From Eledone cirrhosa (Eukaryota): a DNA stretch of 64,000 bases. The stretch spans positions 9,610,001 through 9,674,000 of the forward strand of contig OZ024749.1 of NCBI GenBank assembly GCA_964016885.1, in the 5' to 3' direction. Under the pieces are notes generated by a model. That model was given only the letters and a program-made list of their open reading frames with translations. It was not told the DNA's origin and made no database searches. The position numbers and the translations under genes were made by a program. This document shows, in pieces, positions 40,480 through 54,146 of the stretch; positions within the stretch are counted from its first letter, which is position 1; each line of letters starts with the position of its first letter.

Positions 40480-43400
40480 GTTTCAAGACCCTTTTCTCTG
40501 CTAAACTAGGGATTAGTTTTACAGGCCGTTCTTCATGACAAGCCTCTTGTCTACAGCCCTATCACCCTTTCCTCACCAACCCCAGAGATTTCATTTCCAC
40601 CTCCATCATCTTTAGCTATGTCTTTGTTGGTCTTCCCTTTCCTCTGCTTCTTTCTACATTTATTCCCACTCACTCCTCTCCTCCAACTACTTTACTCCTT
40701 CTTCCACACATGACCCAACCATCTCACTCCATTTCTCTTCCCAACATCCATCACTGGCTCTATTCCTCTCCTCCAGCTACTTTACTCCTTCTTCAACACA
40801 TGACCCAACCATCTCACTCCATTTCTCTTCCCAACATCCATCACTTGTTCTATTCCTCTCACCCAGCTACTTTACTCCTTCTTCCACACATGACCCAACC
40901 ATCTCACTCCATTTCTCTTCCCAACATCCATCACTGGTTCTATTCCTCTCACCCAGCTACTTTACTCCTTCTTCCACACATGATCCAACCATCTCACACC
41001 ATTTCTCTTCCCAACATCCATCACTGGTTCTATTCCTCTCACCCAGCTATTTTACTCCTTCTTCCACACATGACCCAACCATCTCACTCCATTTCTCTTC
41101 CCAACATCCATCACTGGCTCTATTCCTCTCCTCCAGCTACTTTAGTCCTTCTTCCACACTTGACCCAACCATCTCACCCCATTTCTCTTCCCAACATCCA
41201 TTACTGGTTCTATTCCTCTCACCTAGCTACTTTACTCCTTCTTCCACACATGACCCAACCATCTCACCCCATTTCTCTTCCCAACATCCATTACTGGTTC
41301 TATTCCTCTCACCTAGCTACTTTACTCCTTCTTCCACACATGACCCAACCATCTCACCCCATTTCTCTTCCCAACGTCCATTACTGGTTCTATTCCTCTC
41401 ACCAAGCTACTTTACTCCTTCTTCCACACATGACCCAACCATCTCACCCCATTTCTCTTCCCAACATCCATTACTGGTTCTATTCCTCTCACCTAGCTAC
41501 TTTACTCCTTCTTCCACACATGACCCAACCATCTCACCCCATTTCTCTTCCCAACATCCATTACTGGTTCTATTCCTCTCACCTAGCTACTTTACTCCTT
41601 CTTCCACACATGACCCAACCATCTCACCCCATTTCTCTTCCCAACATCCATTACTGGTTCTATTCCTCTCACCTAGCTACTTTACTCCTTCTTCCACACA
41701 TGACCCAACCATCTCACTCCATTTCTCTTCCCAACATCCATCACTGGTTCTATTCCTCTCACCCAGCTACTTTACTCCTTCTTCCACACATGATCCAACC
41801 ATCTCACTCCATTTCTCTTCCCAACATCCATCACTGGTTCTATTCCTCTCACCCAGCTATTTTACTCCTTCTTCCACACATGACCCAACCATCTCACTCC
41901 ATTTCTCTTCCCAACATCCATCACTGGCTCTATTCCTCTCCTCCAGCTACTTTAGTCCTTCTTCCACACTTGACCCAACCATCTCACCCCATTTCTCTTC
42001 CCAACATCCATTACTGGTTCTATTCCTCTCACCTAGCTACTTTACTCCTTCTTCCACACATGACCCAACCATCTCACCCCATTTCTCTTCCCAACATCCA
42101 TTACTGGTTCTATTCCTCTCACCTAGCTACTTTACTCCTTCTTCCACACATGACCCAACCATCTCACCCCATTTCTCTTCCCAACATCCATTACTGGTTC
42201 TATTCCTCCCACCAAGCTACTTTACTCCTTCTTCCACACATGACCCAACCATCTCACCCCATTTCTCTTCCCAACATCCATTACTGGTTCTATTCCTCTC
42301 ACCTAGCTACTTTACTCCTTCTTCCACACATGACCTAACCATCTCACCCCATTTCTCTTCCCAACATCCATTACTGGTTCTATTCCTCTCACCTAGCTAC
42401 TTTACTCCTTCTTCCACACATGACCCAACCATCTCACCCCATTTCTCTTCCCAACATCCATTACTGGTTCTATTCCTCTCACCAAGCTACTTTACTCCTT
42501 CTTCCACACATGACCCAACCATCTCACCCCATTTCTCTTCCCAACATCCATTACTGGTTCTATTCCTCTCACCTAGCTACTTTACTCCTTCTTCCACACA
42601 TGACCCAACCATCTCACCCCATTTCTCTTCCCAACATCCATTACTGGTTCTATTCCTCTCACCAAGCTACTTTACTCCTTCTTCCACACATGACCCAACC
42701 ATCTCACCCCATTTCTCTTCCCAACATCCATTACTGGTTCTATTCCTCTCACCTAGCTACTTTACTCCTTCTTCCACACATGACCTAACCATCTCACCCC
42801 ATTTCTCTTCCCAACATCCATTACTGGTTCTATTCCTCTCACCTAGCTACTTTACTCCTTCTTCCACACATGACCCAACCATCTCACCCCATTTCTCTTC
42901 CCAACATCCATTACTGGTTCTATTCCTCTCACCTAGCTACTTTACTCCTTCTTCCACACATGACCCAACCATCTCACTCCATTTCTCTTCCCAACATCCA
43001 TTACTGGTTCTATTCCTCTCACCTAGCTACTTTACTCCTTCTTCCACACATGACCCAACCATCTCACCCCATTTCTCTTCCCAACATCCATTACTGGTTC
43101 TATTCCTCTCACCTAGCTACTTTACTCCTTCTTCCACACATGACCCAACCATCTCACCCCATTTCTCTTCCCAACATCCATTACTGGTTCTATTCCTCTC
43201 ACCTAGCTACTTTACTCCTTCTTCCACACATGACCCAACCATCTCACTCCTTTTCTCTTCCCAACATCCATCACTGGTTCTATTCCTCTCACCTAGCTAC
43301 TTTACTCCTTCTTCCACACATGACCCAACCATCTCACTCCTTTTCTCTTCCCAACATCCATCACTGGTTCTATTCCTCTCACCTAGCTACTTTACTCCTT

Positions 43401-43700
43401 CTTCCACACATGACCCAACCATCTCACCCCATTTCTCTTCCCAACATCCATTACTGGTTCTATTCCTCTCACCTAGCTACTTTACTCCTTCTTCCACACA
43501 TGACCCAACCATCTCACTCCATTTCTCTTCCCAACATCCATCACTGGCTCTATTCCTCTCGCCCAGTCACTTTCCTCCTTCCTCCACACATGACCTAACC
43601 ATCTCATCCTATTTCATTGGCTCTCTTCTCAATTCATTGTTTATCTTCCTCACCAATCCCTTGGCTTTCAATCTTTTATCTTTTCTCATCAATATCACAA
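40480..43700 (-). repeat. 90-bp satellite (~32 units, ~40685-43607) amplified inside a LINE RT C-terminal relic
   Basis: The - strand unit reads GIEPVMDVGKRNGVRWLGHVWKKE; the 3' flank continues RSRGKGRPTKT; the 5' flank reads RMRWLGHVWRKEESDW. Confidence 0.88.
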
Positions 43701-43721
43701 TTTTACGTTTGTTTCTCCTCA

Positions 43722-43797
<76 letters not shown>

Positions 43798-43799
43798 CA

Positions 43800-43979
43800 A
43801 AGGAGTTGTGGTAAGGAACCAGATGGACCATAACGCACCAGAGTACTCAATACTTAGGGTAGTAGAGTGGGTAATAGGAGAAAGTATGACCCCGACGGCA
43901 GAGCTCAAGCCGTTTCTGAGTCCAGAAATAGCTGTTGAAACGGCTTGAGCTCTGCCGTCGGGGTCATACTTTCTCCTAT
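43800..43979 (+). mobile_element. Palindrome-ended element (copy 2), perfect 43-bp arms
   Basis: 43874-43916 is the exact reverse complement of 43937-43979; flanked by (TA)n. Confidence 0.78.
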
Positions 43980-44584
43980 ATATATATATATCAATTACAT
44001 TTCAATCATCCACCAAACAAAACAGAAACATCAACTGTGATATATGTTCTGAGTGGAGATAACAAACCTATTACTTCGAGGTAGTTGTTTTCAGATAATC
44101 AGAACTGTTAGTGGATATGTGGGAGTGTGTACGGTAATCTTGATTCAAACATACATTAGTATGGAATCTCTGTAGAGTGGTAAGAAAAGCTGGTTGAAAA
44201 GGATCTTAGAAACAGGTAAACATATGTGAGGACTTCAACACAACGTATGAGCAGATTTTGTTATAGATCTGTGAAGACCCAATAGTGTAGTTGGTGATAG
44301 GAGAAGCCAGTGTATATATATATACACATATATATACACATATATATATGCTAGCTTGGAAGGTGGACGTTAAACGGCGATGATGACAATGATATATATG
44401 TATGTGTGTGTGTGTGTGTGTGTGTGTATAATCAAGCATTGCTACACTTGAACAATACAAACAATACAAGCAGCATTAAGAAGTATTCCACAACATTCAC
44501 CATATAACTACTTTAGAACATGTTGGACAAGTGGAGAATTAAAGAGTGGAATAATAGTGGATAGCAGTGAATGTGGTCCATTTC

Positions 44585-45605
<1,021 letters not shown>

Positions 45606-45799
45606 CTCTTTGCCATTCTATACAAAAGTCACTTAAATCGAACATCAATACAATATACAAACACTCCTACAATAGCTACAACTGCTAATATCCTGGAGAA
45701 AGTATTCTCTATCTGAAAGATACCTCAACAACTGTAGTACTCAATAACTGCACTATGCTTACAAGATAACAAATTTGCCATGTTGTCCTTCTTGTTAGC

Positions 45800-46150
45800 A
45801 GCGGTGGATGGTTGGTGTGATGGCGGTGGGGTTGGTTGGGTGGGGGTGGGGGATAGTGGTGGGTGGCAGAAGTGGGGTGGAGTGGTGGTGGGGGTGGGGG
45901 TGGTGATGATGGTGCTGGGGTGGTGTGATGGTGATGGGGTGGTGCAATGGTGGTGGTGGTGTGATGATGATGGTGATGGATGATGGGGGGGGGGGGATGG
46001 TGGTGTGATGGTGGTGGTGGTGTGATGGTGATGGAGTGGTGCAATGGTGATGGTGGTGATGATGGGGTGGTGCGATGGTGGTGGTGATGTGGTGCGATGG
46101 TGGTGGTCATCGTCATGATTAGCTGTGGTATGAAGATGATGATGATGTTT
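45800..46150. repeat. (GGT/GAT)n low-complexity tract
   Basis: Direct observation. Confidence 0.8.
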
Positions 46151-46216
46151 ACATTGGTATATTTGGTTTGTTTTTGTTAGTTTTTAGCTGATTCATTGCT
46201 ATTACTTCCCTGAATA

Positions 46217-47897
46217 GTTATGTTGGTACCACAGAACACACAGTCCACGCTGTAAGGTGGTCGTGTAGGTGTCACAACAAAAAACACACAGTCCACGCTG
46301 TAAGGTGGTCGTGTAGGTGTCACAACAAAAAACACACAGTCCACGCTGTAAGGTGGTCGTGTAGGTGTCACGACAAAAACACACAGTCCACGCTGTAAGG
46401 TGGTCGTGTAGGTGTCACGACAAAAACACACAGTCCACGCTGTAATGTGGTCGTGTAGGTGTCATGACAAAAACACACAGTCCACGCTGTAAGGTGGTCG
46501 TGTAGGTGTCACGACAAAAACACACAGTCCACGCTGTAAGGTGGTCGTGTAGGTGTCATGACAAAAACACACAGTCCACGCTGTAAGGTGGTCGTGTAGG
46601 TGTCACGACAAAAACACACAGTCCACGCTGTAATGTGGTCGTGTAGGTGTCACGACAAAAACACACAGTCCACGCTGTAATGTGGTCGTGTAGGTGTCAT
46701 GACAAAAACACACAGTCCACGCTGTAATGTGGTCGTGTAGGTGTCATGACAAAAACACACAGTCCACGCTGTAAGGTGGTCATGTAGGTGTCACGACAAA
46801 AACACACAGTCCACGCTGTAAGGTGGTCGTGTAGGTGTCACGACAAAAACACACAGTCCACGCTGTAAGGTGGTCGTGTAGGTGTCACGACAAAAACACA
46901 CAGTCCACGCTGTAATGTGGTCGTGTAGGTGTCATGACAAAAACACACAGTCCACGCTGTAAGGTGTTCGTGTAGGTGTCACGACAAAAACACACAGTCC
47001 ACGCTGTAATGTGGTCGTGTAGGTGTCATGACAAAAACACACAGTCCACGCTGTAATGTGGTCGTGTAGGTGTCACGACAAAAACACACAGTCCACGCTG
47101 TAATGTGGTCGTGTAGGTGTCACGACAAAAAAAACACAGTCCACGCTGTAAGGTGGTCGTGTAGGTGTCACGACAAAAAAAACACACAATCCATGCTGTA
47201 ATGTGGTCGTGTAGGTGTCACGACAAAATAAACACAGTCCACGCTGTAAGATGGTCATGTAGGTGTCACGACAAAAAAAATACAGTCCACGCTGTAAGGT
47301 GGTCGTGTAGGTGTCACGACAAAAAAACACACAATCCACGCTGTAATGTGGTCGTGTAGGTGTCACAACAAAAAAAACACACAGTCCACGCTGTATGGTG
47401 GTCGTGTAGGTGTCACGACAAAAAAAAACACACAATCCACGCTGTAATGTGGTCGTGTAGGTGTCACAACAAAAAAACACAGTCCACGCTGTAATGTGGT
47501 CGTGTAGGTGTCAGGACAAAAAAACACACAGTCCACGCTGTAATGTGTTCGTGTAGGTGTCACAACAAAAAAACACACAGTCCACGCTGTAATGTGGTCG
47601 TGTAGGAGTCAGGACAAAAAAACACACAGTCCATGCTGTAATGTGGTCGTGTAGGTGTCACAACAAAAAACACTCAGTCCACGCTGTAATGTGGCTGTGT
47701 AGGTAACACGGTAAAAAGCTCCCAGTCCACACTGTAAATGTAGTTGGTGTTAGGAAGGGCATACAGCCCTAGAAAACCTGCCAGATAGTCCTATATGAGC
47801 GAGACACCGTCACCCGACCAATCTTACTTCAAGTGAGACAACTCCCGTCTAACCCATGCTAGCATGGAAGATGGACGTTAAATGATGATAACAATGA
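46217..47897 (+). repeat. 47-50-bp minisatellite (~30 units, 46236-47697) inside an RTE family A 3'UTR
   Basis: Unit acacagtccacgctgtaa(g/t)gtggtcgtgtaggtgtcacgacaaaaac; UTR resumes at ~47700 and ends ggacgttaaatgatgat. Confidence 0.93.
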
Positions 47898-47924
47898 TAT
47901 GCATACACACGCGCATATGCATGC

Positions 47925-48566
47925 ATACATACATACATGGTGGCTGCCAACTCGTTTTCGAGTACGACCACTACTTTATATCCATGTAGGAGAACCCCTA
48001 CCGATGCGCTGAACGAGTGTGACTTTTTAGTCCAGCCAGCGACTTGAAAACTCTGGTACAAACACTACACTTGTGACAACTATTGACACAGTGTTGGGCC
48101 CATGGTACCATGTGACGACAAGTGCGGAGAGATCTCCAGATATAAAGCAATGCCTGTGCCGTGAAGCTTTTATAGTGAGCAAAGGCACTGCACAAAGCCA
48201 GTCCCACTCTCTTAACCAAGATGATATTTACCAAAAAGAAGAACTAGTCAACATCATTGGATACCATCAGGGTTGCAGGTGTTATATCAGAGTTTTCCTT
48301 CTCCTAGAATTCTGCCTTGACAAAGGCTAAGGGGTCATCTCTCCCAGTGATTTTGGATGGCCATTGACACTTAAGAGCTCCTTTGCCCTTTGACAGGTTT
48401 TGTTTTTAGTCCTGCAGGATGTCCAAAGTCACCCTCCTCACCAAGAAACCTTGATGGGGTTGCCAGTTTAGTCGCCAACGACCCGACCATGAGACAGGTT
48501 GTACTGGGATACATGTTACCAGTAGCACCAACTGGTAACATGTATCCCAGTACAACCTGTCTCATG
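47925..48566 (-). mobile_element. Internally deleted (bipartite) RTE-like element: 5'UTR joined to a C2H2-finger 3' end, (ATGT)n tail
   Basis: CSVCTRVFKSLAGLKSHTRSAHR* then short UTR and (ATGT)n; upstream ggagaaggaaaactctga motif recalled from RTE 5'UTRs; 36-bp perfect hairpin at the 5' end. Confidence 0.6.
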
Positions 48567-48635
48567 CATACATACATACATACATACATATACACATTAC
48601 AAGCTACAGCAATGCGGAAGACATAGACATACCTA

Positions 48636-49050
48636 ATATGAAAGAATACTGGTGGAATGTTCCAGTAAAAACCGCAATAATATGCAGGCATAACAGACCA
48701 GATATTATGATATGGGACAGGGAGAAGAAAGCATGCACAGTAGTGGAAATTAGCTGCCCAGCAGATGCCAATATAATATCAAAGATTACTGCAAAGGAGA
48801 CTATCTATGCAGAAATAATGAGAAACTTACAGATACTCCACTTACAGATACTCCACCCTGATTATGCCTTCATATTTATACCTGTGATTATTGGGGCACT
48901 GGCATATGTTAGTAACTGCCTCAATACAAATCTTGAGAAGCTGGGCTTCACAGGAACAGAAAGAACATGACTAGTTAGGAAATACAAGTGCAATCTATTA
49001 ATGGAACAATAAAAATATGTAAAACATTCCAAAATTCTGCATCTAATAAC
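48636..49050 (+). mobile_element. R4/Dong-like RLE domain fragment (second family)
   Basis: HNRPDIMIWDREKKACTVVEISCP...KETIY...IPVIIGAL. Confidence 0.8.
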
Positions 49051-49225
49051 TGCATATACACTTGTACAGATACAAAGCATATGCACGTTATGGTGCCCTT
49101 AACAATAGGTAATTTTCCGAAAGTTAAAATTTTATTATATCTCCATAGTTAATTTATTTGGCAATCAATGTTTATCATTGACTGACCAATGGCTAAAAAT
49201 ACAGATATAAATATATATATAGTCT

Positions 49226-49267
49226 AACAAAGTTCTTTCGTTGCACATCTGCAACATCATCAGTGAT
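49226..49267 (-). ncRNA. Hammerhead-like motif
   Basis: atca-CTGATGA-t-gttgca-gatg-tgcaac-GAAA-gaac-TT-tgtt. Confidence 0.6.
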
Positions 49268-49380
49268 ATTATTATCATGTTCCCTGCTATTGTATTGCAT
49301 TGTAATGTTTACGCCATTTTTATTCTATTTATTTATTTATTTTTGTCTCGACACACAATTTCATATCAAAAACCTTGCAA

Positions 49381-49417
<37 letters not shown>

Positions 49418-50486
49418 CTTCTACAGAACTAGATCTGTTTCATTCATATGAGAATCATCATCTTCCTCATCATTTGATGTCCACTTTCCCTACTAGCAAG
49501 TGTTAGCTATGTCTTCACAAGTCATTATTTGAGTGGAGTTATTGATCTCTCAGACAGGCTCAGTGCCTGCATCTTGCTTCTATATGTTCCCGCACTCTAC
49601 CAAGTGCTTAGATGGGCTGGTTGTCAAGTTTTCAGCACTGCTGTACATTCCCCTTAGTCTTTTGTTTGACAGATTTTCTATCTCAGGTTGTCCTTACTAT
49701 CACTAACCATTTTACAAAATGTACTGGGTGTATTTTACATGTCACCAACACTAGGAAGTCTGTTGCGTCCCTGAGACAATCAATGAGTTCCCTGGAAACA
49801 TCATTCCACTCTATTCCTCACTCCCTCTCTCTCTCTGTTCCATCTACATCTATCTCCTTTCTATCTCTTGTCTACTTATTCTCTTCCTTTCATCATTTAT
49901 CACCACCCCACTCCTTCCCAGAATGCTATACATGTTATATCATTCTTGATCTGGCCATCTAGAAGTTTACTTCAGTTTGCTTTTGTCTTCTCAATTGTTT
50001 GGTATTTCACTCCAGTTATTATCTATTTCCTTCTATCTTCACACACAGCTATGCATGTTTCATGTTATAGTCTCTCCTGTTATCACTGTGTTTTGTGTTT
50101 TTAGTTTGGAGCATCATACAAACATTTAGCCTCATCTTCCTTGTTAATCAAAAGATAAAATTGTATATTATGCTATGGTATGTTATTGCTATACATTCAC
50201 TGCACCAGCAGATACTTTCTACTAGCTACTGGTGCAATGGGATGAATGATACTATCAGGAACCAAAATCTTGGTGATTTCCAGCTGTTAGCTTATAAAAA
50301 CAAGGAATATTTCTGTTTATCCATTTTGTTCCTATTTTCCAATGTCTGTTGTTTTCATTATCTGAGCTCGAAGTTTGACTTATATAAATATATATATATG
50401 TAAAAGGTAAACAGAAATAACAAAACAAACAGTACAGTATATGAAATGACTATATTAGTTTAATGCTTGAAATAGCAGGATGAGGG

Positions 50487-50522
50487 TCTTAACGTTTCAG
50501 CTGCTAGACCTTCATCAGAAGA
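50487..50522 (-). ncRNA. Minimal hammerhead-like motif (ACGT stem III)
   Basis: tctt-CTGATGA-aggtctagcagct-GAAA-cg-TT-aaga; mutated paralogs at 51715-51750 (+) and 53193-53228 (-). Confidence 0.55.
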
Positions 50523-50811
50523 AAGAATGAGAAATTAGAAAGATTGAGGGGACAAGCAGGGTGGAATTGGAAAATTTTTTACAGAGAAAAATAACAGGTC
50601 CATTCATATTGCCATCTCTTGGAAAATTGTTGATGCCAGCGTTTTGTGTAAGATATACTTTTTTAGAAAAGTGGCTGATGGAGCGTGTCTGTCTGAAAGG
50701 GGAAAAGTATATAGTGTGTATACAAACATACATACATTCAAGTCCAACCCTTGATAGCAAAATGATGTTGATGGTATATAGATATGAATACATAACATTA
50801 TATATATATGG

Positions 50812-51382
50812 AGGGCGGTGAATTGGCAGTATCGGTAGAGGGTTGGACACCATGCTTTCTAGCATAGTTACGTCCCTTTACAGTCTGAGTTCAAATCCCG
50901 CTGAGGTTGACTTTGCCTTTCATCCTTACGGGGTCGATAAAATAAAGTACCAGTAACGTACTGGGTAATTGCTGGCCTTGTGCCTAAAGTAGAAACAATT
51001 ATATATATATGGCAGTATCGGTAGAGAGTCGGAGGCCATGCTTTGCAGCAAAGAGTTAGGCCCTTTACGGACTGAGTTCAAATCCCGCCAAGGTTAACTT
51101 TGCCTTTCATCCTTATGGGGTCGATAAAATAAAGTACCAGTAATACCCTGGGATAATTTCTGGCCTTGTGCCAAAAGTAGAAACAATTATATATGGTGGG
51201 GGATTGGCAGTATCAGTAGAAGGTCGGAGATCATGCTTTGCAGCATAGAGTTACGCCCCTTTATGGTGTGAGTTCAAATCCCGCTTAGGTTCACTTTGCC
51301 TTTCATCCTTACAGGGTTGATTAAATAAAGTACCAGTAATGTACTGGGGTATTTTCTGGCCTTGTGCCAATAGTAGAAACAA
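50812..51382 (+). mobile_element. Three head-to-tail family 1 SINEs
   Basis: Copies at about 50812-50998, 51010-51188 and 51195-51382, each ending agtagaaacaatt. Confidence 0.9.
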
Positions 51383-51933
51383 TTATATATATATGGCAAC
51401 GATCATATTTGCTACCACCTTCTACACAGCCCCTCTCAGCTGTGACTATGTGTATGTATATCTAGATATACATTCTTGTACATGGTCAATTCACACTTGC
51501 CTACTTACACACATATCCATGCCACAAATACAATGATTACCTCCCTTTTCCTGAACCTCTCTAACACATAAGATACCCTTGACCAGTAAATCTCCAAAAT
51601 GGCTGACTGAATACACAAGTATGTTTTTTTTTCCCCCCATTTATTTTCTCATTTTTCCCCATTCCTTCCTCTTATCACTCTTTCCTTTCTATTTATCTTC
51701 TATTTCTAACTCTATCTTCTGATGTAGGACTAGTGTCCAAAACGTTAAGACTCTTTTCCTGCTATTTCAAGCAATAAACTATCATATTTCTTCAATGTAC
51801 TGTGTCAGTTTCTTTGTTATTTCTGTTTACCTTTTACATACATATATATTTACAAAATATCTTTTTAATTAGTATTGTTCCTCTCTTTACTAAAATATAT
51901 GGAACACAATTCCACTATAAACATATAAAAACC

Positions 51934-51984
<51 letters not shown>

Positions 51985-52762
51985 TACATGCACACATACA
52001 TATATAAATATATCATAATGGACCGAACGGTAGTTGGTTTACAACCTTTAATGACATTTTAGAATTGTATAATTGCTAACTATATATTTTTATACACATA
52101 CCTATATATTATATTCTCATTATTTTTTATATATACCATAAATTTTATATATACAACCACTGTTATTTTTTATTTATTTTTACTTATTTTGGGATACATT
52201 TATTTTGTACCTAATGTTGTTATTGTTAATGTTATTTATTGTTAATGTTATTTATTTATTGTTGTTGTTTTCTCAATACTAATGATACGTAGAGTTTCAC
52301 CATATGTAGGGAATAGTTTAATAAATTAAAACTGGCAAGAATTTATGGAGAAGAATGTTACAAAAATCTTTGAGTGAGAATATCTGTTCATGTGGCTCTA
52401 ACAAACTAAGCATAAAGATGCACACACACACACATGTATATAGTGTAGGTGATTCAGTGAATTACTGATGTTGGCACCAAAACAAGCACTCTATGTACAG
52501 GCAGAGTGTATATATATTAGAATAAGCAAGGAAGTTTTGTTTACATGTATGTTCCGCAGAATATTAGCTCAAGGAGTTATGGACCCACAAAAGAGCTTTG
52601 ACAATAAATAACCATCCAGTTATTAAATCAACCAACTGGAAGTTTTTAATAAATTGAAGTGAAACCCAGCATGATCCTCCCAAAGTATAACAATATCTGT
52701 TTAAACACGTTTTCAGATGAGAAATCTTGCAAAACAAATACAAAACGGAGTAAAAAATAAAA

Positions 52763-52796
<34 letters not shown>

Positions 52797-52798
<2 letters not shown>

Positions 52799-53097
52799 GT
52801 TAGAGCATTGGCCTTGCAATCAAAAGGTTCTGAGTTCAATTCTCAGACCGGGTGATGTGTTGTTTCCTTGAGCAAGACACTTTATTTCACATTGCTCCAG
52901 CTGTAGAAATGAGATGATAGGGACTGGGGTTCATATCATTCCACTGTAAAGTGGACGTGTAGGCGCCACAGAAAAAAAGCACCCAGCACTCACTGTAAAT
53001 GGGGTTGGTGTTGGGAAGGGCATCCAGCTGTAGAAATTGAGCCAGAATCAGTTCCCGTCCCACCCTTGCAAGCATGGAAAAGATGATGATGATGATA
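52797..53097 (+). mobile_element. SINE family 2 with RTE-like tail
   Basis: ggttagagcattggccttgcaatc..gagttcaattctc..ccttgagcaagacac..ggaagggcatccagc..(gat)n. Confidence 0.85.
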
Positions 53098-54097
53098 TAT
53101 ATGCAGAAGGCAAACTGAAGTAGCAAAGCAAACGACAGAGTACAATGAAGAAATATATTATTAGTTTTATGCTTGGTATAGTAGGAAAAGAGTCTTAATG
53201 TTTCGGAAGCTAATCCTTCATTAGAAAATAGAATGAGAAATTAAAGAAGTAGAAAGATAGAGAAGAATGGGCAGTGGCAGAAATGAAAAAGATTTCTGAG
53301 AGAAAAAACCGGTGTATTCAAGTGAATATCATCATCATTACAGTTTAATGTATATTTTCCATGCTTGCATAGTTTAGTTAGGCTATCATATACTGGGGCT
53401 AGACTGTTTGGGTCACTACATCTTTGGGCCTGATTGCTACAGCTGCATGCCTTTCCTACACCACCCAATTTACTTTATGTGCTAGAAGTATTTCATTGTG
53501 GCCCCAGCATTAAAAGGATTTACTTGATTATATTGACCCCATATTTCAAGACTGGAACTAATTTTATCAATCTGTTTTTGTTGAATCACTAAGTTATACA
53601 ACATTAACACTGAAACAGACACAAACATAAACACAGTCACAGACGTACACAGTCACAAATACATGGATGCACACACACGCACACGCACACACGCGCGTGC
53701 GCATGCACACACACAGAGTGTTTGTAATGTTTTCAATTTACAGGTAAATTCGTATTTTCTGGTATGCTAACATGCCTACATATTAGATATGTGTATATTT
53801 ATATACACATTAGTGCAGTCTCAGTTACCCACTCTGTATGTATACAGATATAACTTTATCATACACTTTGGCTACTACCACATTTCTTTTTAATATATAT
53901 GTATATATAATATATATATATGTAGAGAGAGACAGAGAAGGGGGGAGAGAGAATAGGAGCCTTCGGGTGAAGTTTTGTTTTTCACATGATTAACAAGTCT
54001 GGTGAGTCATATCAATAACACAAATATGGATCTTGAGCCAAACATCTGTGAAACATATGGAATTAGTCAATCATCAATAAAAACATTCATGTTAAAC

Positions 54098-54144
<47 letters not shown>

Positions 54145-54146
<2 letters not shown>

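Noticed and set aside
40710-43598. 542/122/242-aa repeat ORFs as a real gene
   Set aside because: They are the antisense frame of a 90-bp LINE-derived satellite; no splice or expression evidence is visible.
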